Assembly: GCA_017517035.1 (NCBI GenBank)
Contig: JAFXAN010000083.1
Span: 27,853-91,852, forward strand
Source: Clostridia bacterium
Lineage (GTDB): Bacteria > Bacillota > Clostridia > Oscillospirales > CAG-272
Length of the DNA stretch: 64,000 nucleotides
Direction: 5' to 3'
Position 1 is the first letter of the stretch. Each line of letters starts with the position of its first letter. The translations under genes and the position numbers were made by a program. Below are positions 26,790-35,170 of this stretch, one piece after another. Under the pieces are notes generated by a model that saw nothing but the letters and a program-made list of their open reading frames with translations, ran no database searches and was not told where the DNA came from.

Positions 26790-28235
26790 ATGAACGGAAA
26801 TTGTGTGAATTATATTGTTGAACGCTCTGAAAAATATGATGTTTGTGTCGTTGGCGGCGGTGTTGCAGGATGCTGTGCCGCTATCGCCTCGGCAAGAATG
26901 GGTGCTAAAACAGTTCTCATAGAGTCAAGCGGTGTTCTCGGAGGTCAAGGAACTCTCGGAATCGTTACGCCGATTTCTGCTACAAACGCCAGAAACGGTG
27001 TAAGCTTCGGCGGTCTTGTCAAGGAGATAACCGATGAGGTCATTTCTATGTCCAAAAAGTATTGCACTTGCGATCAGAACGGTGCGGATGTTTGGGATAT
27101 TGCTTCTCCCCATATCGTTAAATATGTTCTGCTTGACAAGGTGCAGGACGCTGGCGCTGATATAATGTTTCACACTTCATTTCTTTCCTCTACTACCGAA
27201 AATGATCGGATAGAAAGCATCATAGTTCATGATGTAAACGGTCTGAAACAAATTTTTGCAAAGAATTTTATTGACTCTACAGGTGATGCACTTCTTGTTT
27301 GCGAAAGCGGTGCTGAATTTGTCAAAGGCAGCGAAGAGGATTCGTATGATTCCCTAAGAGTTACAGGCTTTGATAAAACGCATGATGACAGTGGGCAAGA
27401 GGGCTCTGTTTATAATTCTTGTACAAAAAACGGACTTATGCAGCCTGTTTCGATATTCTTTGTACTTGGCGGTGTCGATACCGAGGAAGCATATAAGCTC
27501 AATAACAAAGAGCTGCATTTTGGCGATTTCGGCATAACAAGAGAAAAATTCTCCGCTTGGAAATTCTGTGGCACATGCGGTTTCGAGCTTTCTGATGATG
27601 ATAAAATACCAATGCCTCAGGGCAGAATTCTTGTTACAAAAACCACAAGAAAAGGTGCTCTTGCCGTGAATATGTCAAGAGTTATCGGAATCGACGGCTC
27701 TGATGCTGACAGTCTTTCAACGGGTGAGATTTTGGCGCAAAAGCAGATTATTGCGATAATTGATTTTCTCAAAACCTTTATCCCCGCTTTTAAAAATGCT
27801 TATTATATTCATTCGGGTTCAACACTTGGAATTAGAGAAACCAATCGAATGGTAGGAAAATATGTTCTTACGGGGCTTGATGCCATTAACTGCCGAGAAT
27901 TTGATGATTGTATTGCTCGCGGCTCTTATATGATTGATATTCATGATCCAAACGGAAAAAAACGAGCTATTGGCGGTCATCTTCCGAAAAATTATTATGA
28001 TATTCCCTATCGTTCTATCATATCGAATACATATTCTAACCTTTTTGCTTGCGGAAGATGTATTTCAAGTGACCATGTGGCTCATGCAAGCACAAGAATA
28101 ATGGGAACTTGCATGATGACAGGTCAATCTTCGGGAACTGCGGCGGCACTTGCTTCGTTTCAAAATAAAAAATCTTATGGTATTGATGTTTCGGAGCTTC
28201 GAAAAATACTCATTGATAACGGAATGTATATATGA
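26790..28235 (+). CDS. FAD-dependent oxidoreductase (FAD_oxidored/PF12831-like)
   Basis: YDVCVVGGGVAGCCAAIASARMGAKTVLIE dinucleotide-binding motif. The start lies 1 nt after the clpX stop. Confidence 0.7.
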   Translation: MNGNCVNYIVERSEKYDVCVVGGGVAGCCAAIASARMGAKTVLIESSGVLGGQGTLGIVTPISATNARNGVSFGGLVKEITDEVISMSKKYCTCDQNGADVWDIASPHIVKYVLLDKVQDAGADIMFHTSFLSSTTENDRIESIIVHDVNGLKQIFAKNFIDSTGDALLVCESGAEFVKGSEEDSYDSLRVTGFDKTHDDSGQEGSVYNSCTKNGLMQPVSIFFVLGGVDTEEAYKLNNKELHFGDFGITREKFSAWKFCGTCGFELSDDDKIPMPQGRILVTKTTRKGALAVNMSRVIGIDGSDADSLSTGEILAQKQIIAIIDFLKTFIPAFKNAYYIHSGSTLGIRETNRMVGKYVLTGLDAINCREFDDCIARGSYMIDIHDPNGKKRAIGGHLPKNYYDIPYRSIISNTYSNLFACGRCISSDHVAHASTRIMGTCMMTGQSSGTAAALASFQNKKSYGIDVSELRKILIDNGMYI

Positions 28236-28253
28236 AAAAATAATATATATTAC

Positions 28254-28286
28254 AAAAGCCTATCTCAGACACGAGATAGGCTTTTT
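28254..28286. terminator. Bidirectional intrinsic terminator
   Basis: AAAAGCCTATCTC-AGACAC-GAGATAGGCTTTTT. Confidence 0.85.
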
Positions 28287-28291
28287 GTTAA

Positions 28292-31200
28292 TTACTGAAA
28301 ACTATAATTTAAGTACGGTTTTTCTTCAATGTATTTGTCGATCAGCTTCTGTATTCCGGTCATGTCATCCTCTGAAGCAAACACATCGGCATAGTTGGTT
28401 GTCGCACCGTTATATGTATAATATGTGGAGATAAATTCATCAAATGTGCGATATTGATAATCCGAGCTATAGGAATCGTCTCCGCAGAAATAATACGGCT
28501 GTCCGACAGCACTTTCGCCTGTGATGATGCTATATGTCATAAGGGTTGTGATATAACCTGTAAGCTGGTTGGGATGATATCCGTCATTTGCGCTCTGGTT
28601 TACAACAAATGTGTTTTTGTTATATTCAAGTGTCGCTCCGGGGACTTCAACATCACCGTTCACAATGTCTGCAATTATCTTGCCCCAATCTATGACAGTT
28701 ACGCCCTTTTCACCAAGCGTTTTTAAGCTCTCAAGGAATACTGTATCGGGGCCTGTTGCTCTGTTGTCAATTCCATGAGCCGATGACTGTGCCATAAGAT
28801 AGAATTTTACATTTGGATTTGCTTCTTTAAAGAAGTCTATCATAACATCCAGCCATTCGATATAGTTTGTCTGACCTCTTGTGCCATAACAAGCAACAAC
28901 ATAGTCATAATACGGATCGGTAAGGTATGATGCGTGGTCGACTCCATCGCAACCTCTGTTTGCGGAACAGCTTCCGGAGAAGAAATCGTCAAGCAGATGA
29001 TTTCCTATAGTCCAGTTTGTAACATTCACATCCATTCCGTTCGCCTTGCAAAGCTGGTAGAAATAACCTTCGTCGTTCATTCTTCCCTCTTGCGTGAGTG
29101 TGTCTGTTGCATATTTGCAAAGAACCGTGTTACCATAGAAAATATGCGAATTTCCAATGAAAATTATTCTCTTTCCGTCCAGCGGAACAGAATTTATTAT
29201 ATCCTTCACAATACTATCCTTATCCATTTCATCGGTAACTATTCCGTTTTTCCACATTTCATAGCTGATATCATATAGACTTACCTCATCATAATCTGTT
29301 CCTGCGCAATCGGTATATGTGATATTTATATTACCGTCTGAATCCTGCCAAACTTCGTATGCACAGAAATAAACATCAGACTGATAATTCTTTTCGTCGA
29401 AATTAACGACCGTCACAGCAAACTCTGTCTTGTTTTCTGAATCGGAAAGATATTTACCGACAAAGCCGTCATCATTATTCCAAACTTCTGTTTTAATTGC
29501 GCCGACAGCGGTATACCCACCGTTTCCATCCGAGATAAGAACGCAATTTGACTTGTTTTCGGCAGAAGCAACAATCGTTCCGTATTCAAGCAATGTAAAG
29601 CCTTTTGCTTCATTTTCATTGACGATTCCCCGGCTTACCGAAAACAGTCCGCGCAGACCGTTATAATCCGCTATGCGAACGCTAAAGCCGTCCATTGTTA
29701 CTGCATTATAAAATTTTCCGGGATAAACTACATCGGTAAATTCAAAATCACCAAAAAGATCTGCGATCTCGCTGTTGCTGACATTTATCACAAGTCCTTC
29801 AATATCGGGGAACGCATTTTCGGCAACAGATGTTAACGAAGCAGATGCTGCTGTTACACTGCGAAGTGAAGTGCATCCCGCAAAGGCCTTTGACTGAATA
29901 GAAGTTATGTATGTTGGCAAGGTTATGTCAACAAGTGAGGTGCATCCTTCAAACATTGAAGCAAAGATATAGGGAGTTGCGGTCTTATCTGCGCTGTCCG
30001 AAATTGATGATGTTCTGAAAATTACTTTTTTAATGGATGAACATCCTCTGAACATATAATCGGGTTCCTGAACTGTCCAATATTGCAAGCCCTTAAGGTT
30101 GATTTCGCCTTCCTTAAAGTTTGATCCCCAACCAAGTGTTGTGAGAGAGGGATTTCCTTCAAACACACCACCGGAAACTGCGTCTTGTATTTGGTTATAA
30201 GCACTATCTATTTTTATCGAAAGAAGATTTGGCATATTGGCAAAGAAAAATTCATCGTCGCTATTTTGACAATAGATCATTCCGCCGCTTGCGCTTGTAA
30301 CGGTTTCAATGTGAATAATAGCATCCCGCCATATCTGCTTCCATTCATAGATGGTGCTTCTGCTGTCAAGGCAAAGATTTGCACTCCATCCGCTTGTAAC
30401 AGAGCTTGTGATCGTAAGCTTCCCTGTTTCTTCATCAAATGTCCATGTATAAGCTTTACCAAAGGTATTGCTACCGTCTCTCACAAGTGACGGATCGTAT
30501 TCCTTTGAATAGTATTCAAGCTTAATATTTGCGTCAGTATTCTTTATAAGCAAGCGAACACTTGTTGCAGCATCACAGGTAGGATAAGAAACAAAGGTTA
30601 TTTGATCACAATCGGGGATAAGAATACCTGAAACGGAAATACTCTTTGAAAGCATTATTCTCGGTGAAGCTTCACCGAAAGAACCGTAGAAAGCACTTGA
30701 GCTGATTGAAGTGGCATTTGAAAGATCCACTTCTTCAAGCTTTGGATTATTTGCAAAGATATATTCGGAGCTTATCGCTGTAAAGGACTCAGGAAGAACT
30801 ATCGACTTAACATTTGGAAGATTCGCAAAAGCATAATCATCTGCCGATGTTATAGAAGCTTCTACCGAAATTGCAGAAATATCATTTGCAAATTCCATCC
30901 AGGGCATTTCGCCGTCATATGTGAGTGCTCCCGAGCCTTCGCCCGTGATTTTCAGAGTTCCTTCGCCATCAATTGTCCAGCTATATTCGCCAACGGTGCC
31001 GCTTTCGCTTACAAGTGCGATTATTTTTGTTTGCTCATAAGCAAAAGTGCTCTTGATTGCGTTTGCATCTTCACGGGTCTGTGTGTAAACAACGAGATTT
31101 GCTCTGTCATCAAAAACTTGACCTGAAGTTGAAAATCCGGTTGCGTTGATCGTAACCTCATTGAGAGCGGAACAGCCGCTAAAGGCTCCTGTACCCAATG

Positions 31201-32482
31201 TTACAACATTGCTCGGAATGATAATACTCTCAAGTGATGTGCATCCCGAAAAAGCATTTGCTCGTATCTCTGTTGTATAGGTGGGGATTGTTATTTCCTT
31301 AAGTGATATACAGTTGTTAAACATAGAAGCGTATATGTAGGTATATGTATTAGAACCGCTTATCAATCCTGCACTCGTTAGAATAACCTTCTTAATAGAG
31401 CTGCAACCGTCAAACATATTATCAAGATTACCGCCTGTAAGGTTCTTAAGACCTTTAAGGCTCACAACATTTTCGGTGAGCGTACTATTGAAAGAAACTG
31501 TTGTCAGAGAAGGACAACCACTGAAGAAACCTCCTGAAGCCTGCTCCTTTATTTCGGTGATACCATTCATATGAACGCTTACAAGGTTAGGGAGATTGGC
31601 AAACATACATTCTCCGGCATTACTGCTGTTATAAAATGCACAATAGGAGAAATTTGAAAATTCAACGCTGATAATTGCGTCTCTCCATATTTCTTTCCAC
31701 GCCTTAAGGCTTGCAGTGGAGCTGAATGTAATAGATGTCCATGATGTTGAAGTGCGGGTGATAGTCAGCTTACCTGTTGCTGTGTCAATGTTCCAACTGT
31801 ATTTACTTTCAGCACCTGCTCTCACCAAAGATGAGTCATATTCTTCCGAAAAATAGTCAAGAGTGATATTTGCTTTTTCTGTTTTTATAAGTGAACGAAC
31901 ACTTGTTGCAGCAGTACATGTCGGATATGTAACAAAAGTAATGTTTCCGCAGCCTTCGGAAAGATCCAAAGCCGAAACAGAAAGATCCTTTGCCAAATAA
32001 ATTATTGGTAAAACACCGTCGAATGAGCCTGCAAACGCACTTGCGCTCAAAGCTTTTGCGCCTGTAAGGTCAATAACGCCGCTGTTTGTGCTTTCGCTGA
32101 TCTTAATCTGGGTAAGATTGGAATTGTTAGCGAAAAGAAAATCCGAATTGAAATCCGTAAATGTCGCCGGGAGCGTTACGGAGGTCAAATTGGGTAAATT
32201 TGAAAATGCATAAGGTGATGCCGAGACTATTTCGGCATCGACAATGATTTCGGAAATAGAATCTGCATTTTCGAGCCACGGTATCATAGTCAGGTCATCT
32301 GATGTGGGAATGCTCGAAAAATCAAGGATGCCGTCTCCTTCGCCGCTTATCGTTAAAATGCCATTTTCATCTATCGAATAATAATAATCATTTCCTACTG
32401 CATCCTCAGCATAGGCAGAGAAAACGAGTGCAGATGCGATGATTAAAGCAATGGCAAAAACTGACATTATGTGTTTTTTCAT
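28292..32482 (-). CDS. Secreted BspA-type LRR protein with internally duplicated module and C-terminal SGNH/DUF4886-like esterase domain
   Basis: Signal peptide MKKHIMSVFAIALIIASALVFSAYA/ED. LRR units include AFSGCTSLESIIIP and AFAGCTSLRSVTA. The C-terminal part has RIIFIGNSHIFYG (block I-like) and SANDGYHPN (block V D-x-x-H-like). Confidence 0.8.
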   Translation of the reverse strand: MKKHIMSVFAIALIIASALVFSAYAEDAVGNDYYYSIDENGILTISGEGDGILDFSSIPTSDDLTMIPWLENADSISEIIVDAEIVSASPYAFSNLPNLTSVTLPATFTDFNSDFLFANNSNLTQIKISESTNSGVIDLTGAKALSASAFAGSFDGVLPIIYLAKDLSVSALDLSEGCGNITFVTYPTCTAATSVRSLIKTEKANITLDYFSEEYDSSLVRAGAESKYSWNIDTATGKLTITRTSTSWTSITFSSTASLKAWKEIWRDAIISVEFSNFSYCAFYNSSNAGECMFANLPNLVSVHMNGITEIKEQASGGFFSGCPSLTTVSFNSTLTENVVSLKGLKNLTGGNLDNMFDGCSSIKKVILTSAGLISGSNTYTYIYASMFNNCISLKEITIPTYTTEIRANAFSGCTSLESIIIPSNVVTLGTGAFSGCSALNEVTINATGFSTSGQVFDDRANLVVYTQTREDANAIKSTFAYEQTKIIALVSESGTVGEYSWTIDGEGTLKITGEGSGALTYDGEMPWMEFANDISAISVEASITSADDYAFANLPNVKSIVLPESFTAISSEYIFANNPKLEEVDLSNATSISSSAFYGSFGEASPRIMLSKSISVSGILIPDCDQITFVSYPTCDAATSVRLLIKNTDANIKLEYYSKEYDPSLVRDGSNTFGKAYTWTFDEETGKLTITSSVTSGWSANLCLDSRSTIYEWKQIWRDAIIHIETVTSASGGMIYCQNSDDEFFFANMPNLLSIKIDSAYNQIQDAVSGGVFEGNPSLTTLGWGSNFKEGEINLKGLQYWTVQEPDYMFRGCSSIKKVIFRTSSISDSADKTATPYIFASMFEGCTSLVDITLPTYITSIQSKAFAGCTSLRSVTAASASLTSVAENAFPDIEGLVINVSNSEIADLFGDFEFTDVVYPGKFYNAVTMDGFSVRIADYNGLRGLFSVSRGIVNENEAKGFTLLEYGTIVASAENKSNCVLISDGNGGYTAVGAIKTEVWNNDDGFVGKYLSDSENKTEFAVTVVNFDEKNYQSDVYFCAYEVWQDSDGNINITYTDCAGTDYDEVSLYDISYEMWKNGIVTDEMDKDSIVKDIINSVPLDGKRIIFIGNSHIFYGNTVLCKYATDTLTQEGRMNDEGYFYQLCKANGMDVNVTNWTIGNHLLDDFFSGSCSANRGCDGVDHASYLTDPYYDYVVACYGTRGQTNYIEWLDVMIDFFKEANPNVKFYLMAQSSAHGIDNRATGPDTVFLESLKTLGEKGVTVIDWGKIIADIVNGDVEVPGATLEYNKNTFVVNQSANDGYHPNQLTGYITTLMTYSIITGESAVGQPYYFCGDDSYSSDYQYRTFDEFISTYYTYNGATTNYADVFASEDDMTGIQKLIDKYIEEKPYLNYSFQ

Positions 32483-32522
32483 TTTTTTATTCCTTTCTCA
32501 TAAATATAAGAATTTCAAGTTC

Positions 32523-32550
32523 ATTATATCATTTTCAATTAAATTTTCCA
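32523..32550 (-). promoter_or_regulatory. Extended -10 promoter candidate for the LRR-SGNH gene
   Basis: Minus strand: TGGAAA (32545-32550), 16 nt, TGA-TATAAT (32523-32531). Confidence 0.45.
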
Positions 32551-32570
32551 TCCTTTATGACAGTGTTTTT

Positions 32571-32579
32571 TGATATAAT
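32571..32579 (+). promoter_or_regulatory. Extended -10 element (TGATATAAT), promoter candidate for the AraC gene
   Basis: TGATATAATGTC at 32571-32582, with a weak -35. Confidence 0.4.
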
Positions 32580-32621
32580 GTCAGCATTGAAATTTTTTCA
32601 TTGCATTTTTTACTAAAAATA

Positions 32622-32630
32622 TGATATAAT
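32622..32630 (+). promoter_or_regulatory. Second extended -10 element overlapping the annotated AraC ATG
   Basis: TTGCAT (32601-32606), 18 nt, TGA-TATAAT (32622-32630). The ATG at 32629 sits inside the -10 box. Confidence 0.35.
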
Positions 32631-33417
32631 GTCTGTACGGGGGGGATGGCTTATTCACAAATATATAACATTAACCAATAAGAATTTCAAAGATTTGAAT
32701 CCTCTTTTTATGGGATATGAACACTGTCAACCCGGTAAAATCGGAGAATCAGCTTCATATTCCGATACATGTACCATGATTCATTATGTTGAATGCGGCA
32801 AAGGTGTACTTTACAAAAACGGGAATGCTTATGTGGTGAACCCGGGCGATGCATTTATTATTCTTAAAGGCGAAAAGTGTTCCTATGTTGCGGATGAGGA
32901 AAAGCCTTGGCACTATATATGGATAGGTTTTGACGGTGAGCTTAGCAAAAAATTCTCCGAGCTTGATCCTGTTTTTAAGGTTGCCCCCGGAATATTTCAG
33001 GAAATGATAGCAACAAATAACGCGCCTTGGTCGAGAGAATATCACCTTGCGGCAATGCTTTTCAATTTATATGCTGATCTTTTTTCGACCGGTGCTCAGA
33101 CAAATTACTATGTACGAGAGGTTCAAGAATATATATTTTACAATTTTAACAGTGATATAAAGATTGAATCACTTGCCAAAATGGTCAATCTTGACAGAAA
33201 ATATCTTGCTTATATTTTTAAAAAGGAAACAGGACAAACCATGCAGCGGTATCTTTTGGAGAGAAGATTATATGTTGCAAAATGGCGTCTTGAAATCGGC
33301 AAGAGCATAACCGAAACCGCTTTTTGTTGCGGTTTTAACAGCGTTTCAAATTTTTCAAGAATGTTCAAAAAATACTATGGTGTCAGCCCCGGAGAGTGGA
33401 GAAAGCGTTTAAAATAA
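32629..33417 (+). CDS. AraC-family transcriptional regulator (cupin + HTH_AraC)
   Basis: The cupin part reads GYEHCQPG...IHYVECGKGVLY. The C-terminal part reads LAKMVNLDRKYLAYIFKKETG...GFNSVSNFSRMFKKYYGVSPGEWR. The start is uncertain: 32629, or downstream (for example Met at 32710). Confidence 0.8.
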   Translation: MSVRGGWLIHKYITLTNKNFKDLNPLFMGYEHCQPGKIGESASYSDTCTMIHYVECGKGVLYKNGNAYVVNPGDAFIILKGEKCSYVADEEKPWHYIWIGFDGELSKKFSELDPVFKVAPGIFQEMIATNNAPWSREYHLAAMLFNLYADLFSTGAQTNYYVREVQEYIFYNFNSDIKIESLAKMVNLDRKYLAYIFKKETGQTMQRYLLERRLYVAKWRLEIGKSITETAFCCGFNSVSNFSRMFKKYYGVSPGEWRKRLK

Positions 33418-33444
33418 AAGATGAGATAATTTACTCTTCCGAAA

Positions 33445-33476
33445 CAAAAAACGGCAGTGAAAACTGCCGTTTTTTG
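33445..33476. terminator. Bidirectional intrinsic terminator
   Basis: AAAAAACGGCAG-TGAAAA-CTGCCGTTTTTT. Confidence 0.85.
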
Positions 33477-33478
33477 TT

Positions 33479-34393
33479 TTAAAGTGCCGTTTGTGTGTCG
33501 TTAGGATCGCCGTTTCTTGCAAGATCATATTCATGGGACCAATCAAGATCACGGTAAGGCTCGCCTCGGGGATCGTTCTTTATGAAGTCCATAAGTAGAT
33601 CAAGCATTTCCTCGGTCCATGTATTTCTGTCGATCTGAGCTGTAGTGAACTTATTCTGTGAGATCATTTCAAAGCCGAAATCGTCTTTTACATGTGTCTT
33701 TGCCGCCCCATCAACAACCTCTGCAACAAGATGACTGGGGATAAAGAGTACTCCGCCGCCGGCACCGAAAACAACATCACCGGGGAGACATACAGCACCG
33801 CCAAAATTAACGACCGAGTTAAATCCTGTCATAACGAAGTCACGAATCGGTGTGGGATCAATTCCTCTGTAATAAACCTGAACGCCTTCAACCTGCTTCA
33901 TCTGTTCAACATCACGGATTCCACCCCAAACAACAGCACCGCCATTCTTCGTTCTTGTTTTTATTGCTGTTGTGAGATTTCCGCCAAGGAATGTTCCCTT
34001 ATATATCTTATCGAACATATCAACAACAACAACATCTCTTTCAACAAGAGAGTCGATAACCCATTGGTTATAGTTTCCGTTCCTTCCCTCTTCTGCGCCA
34101 ACTGCGAACATCGTTTCATGCAGATCGGGACGGGTGGGACAGAACGAGCAAGTTACGGCTCTTCCGATGAGCTTTCTGCCGTCGTCATGGAGTACATTAA
34201 GGGGATTCACTCCGCCGCCGACAAACTGATTTTCATATCCCTTGACGAAAATCGGCTTCCAAACCTCTTCAAGAGTCATTTTTTTGAGGGCATCAAGATA
34301 TTTGTCCTCAACATAGGGCCTTCCGTCTTCCATTCTCTTTCCCTTCCACTGGGGAGTTAGAGCAATTATTTCCTCTTTGACATTAAAATGCAT
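33479..34393 (-). CDS. RraA-family protein (class II pyruvate aldolase / oxaloacetate decarboxylase-like), long form
   Basis: 304 aa. The core reads VVVDMFDKIYKGTFLGGNLTTAIKTRTKNGGAVVWGGIRDVEQ, fitting the RraA/HMG-aldolase pattern. There are ~70 extra N-terminal and ~60 extra C-terminal residues. AGGTGG RBS. Confidence 0.65.
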   Translation of the reverse strand: MHFNVKEEIIALTPQWKGKRMEDGRPYVEDKYLDALKKMTLEEVWKPIFVKGYENQFVGGGVNPLNVLHDDGRKLIGRAVTCSFCPTRPDLHETMFAVGAEEGRNGNYNQWVIDSLVERDVVVVDMFDKIYKGTFLGGNLTTAIKTRTKNGGAVVWGGIRDVEQMKQVEGVQVYYRGIDPTPIRDFVMTGFNSVVNFGGAVCLPGDVVFGAGGGVLFIPSHLVAEVVDGAAKTHVKDDFGFEMISQNKFTTAQIDRNTWTEEMLDLLMDFIKNDPRGEPYRDLDWSHEYDLARNGDPNDTQTAL

Positions 34394-34432
34394 TACTATA
34401 CCACCTATTTATCTTTTAATTTTTTTAACTAA

Positions 34433-35161
34433 TTAGAGGCTCATTCCACCGTCGATCTTTACATCTGCACCTGTAATATATTTTCCTTCTTCGGAAGCTA
34501 AAAGAAGAAATGCTCCGATGCAATCGTCAGTATGTCCCGGAATTGCCATTGGGATCTTTTTCATAACATTTTTATAAAATTCGGGATCGGAAAGTACCGC
34601 ATCATTTCTCGGTGTTGCGATAACGCCGGGAGAAATATTATTTACGGTAACACCTGTTGGTGCAAGATCCTTTGACAGACATTCAACAAGGCTCATCTGG
34701 GCGCATTTTGAAGCGGAGTAAATGGGCATTGCAGGATTTGGTCTGTGCTGCTGAACACTTCCGACGGTTATGATCCTTCCCCATCCGTTTTTGACCATAG
34801 CTCTCTGATATTTCTGAATCAAAGCAAGCGAGGAGAAAACATTGACCTTCATCTGCTTTTCAAATTCATCATATGGCACATCCTGCCAAAGAGTTCTATA
34901 CTGAATGGAAGCATTTAGAACAAGGATATCTACATCGCCTGTTTTTTCGTAAATCTTATTCGCTGCATTAGTATCCGAAAGATCGCATATGACAAAGTCT
35001 GTGCCGTTTGCCTCTGCAAGAGCTTTCTTGCATTTTTCTTCACTTGTCGCACCGTGAATGATAACACTTGCTCCTCTTTCGGAAAATGCCTTTGCAACGG
35101 CAAGACCGATTCCCTGCGTTGAACCTGTTATCAGTGCCTTTTTACCTTTTAAATCAAACAT
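34433..35161 (-). CDS. SDR-family oxidoreductase
   Basis: KKALITGSTQGIGLAVAKAF (TGxxxGIG), NASI, YSASKCA (YxxxK). Confidence 0.85.
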   Translation of the reverse strand: MFDLKGKKALITGSTQGIGLAVAKAFSERGASVIIHGATSEEKCKKALAEANGTDFVICDLSDTNAANKIYEKTGDVDILVLNASIQYRTLWQDVPYDEFEKQMKVNVFSSLALIQKYQRAMVKNGWGRIITVGSVQQHRPNPAMPIYSASKCAQMSLVECLSKDLAPTGVTVNNISPGVIATPRNDAVLSDPEFYKNVMKKIPMAIPGHTDDCIGAFLLLASEEGKYITGADVKIDGGMSL

Positions 35162-35170
35162 TTAAACACC

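Noticed and set aside
3-32482. The two oppositely oriented LRR genes as an invertible/shufflon or diversity-generating-retroelement target pair
   Set aside because: Similarity is only at the protein level. I found no long identical inverted DNA repeats, and no recombinase, reverse transcriptase or template repeat in the window.
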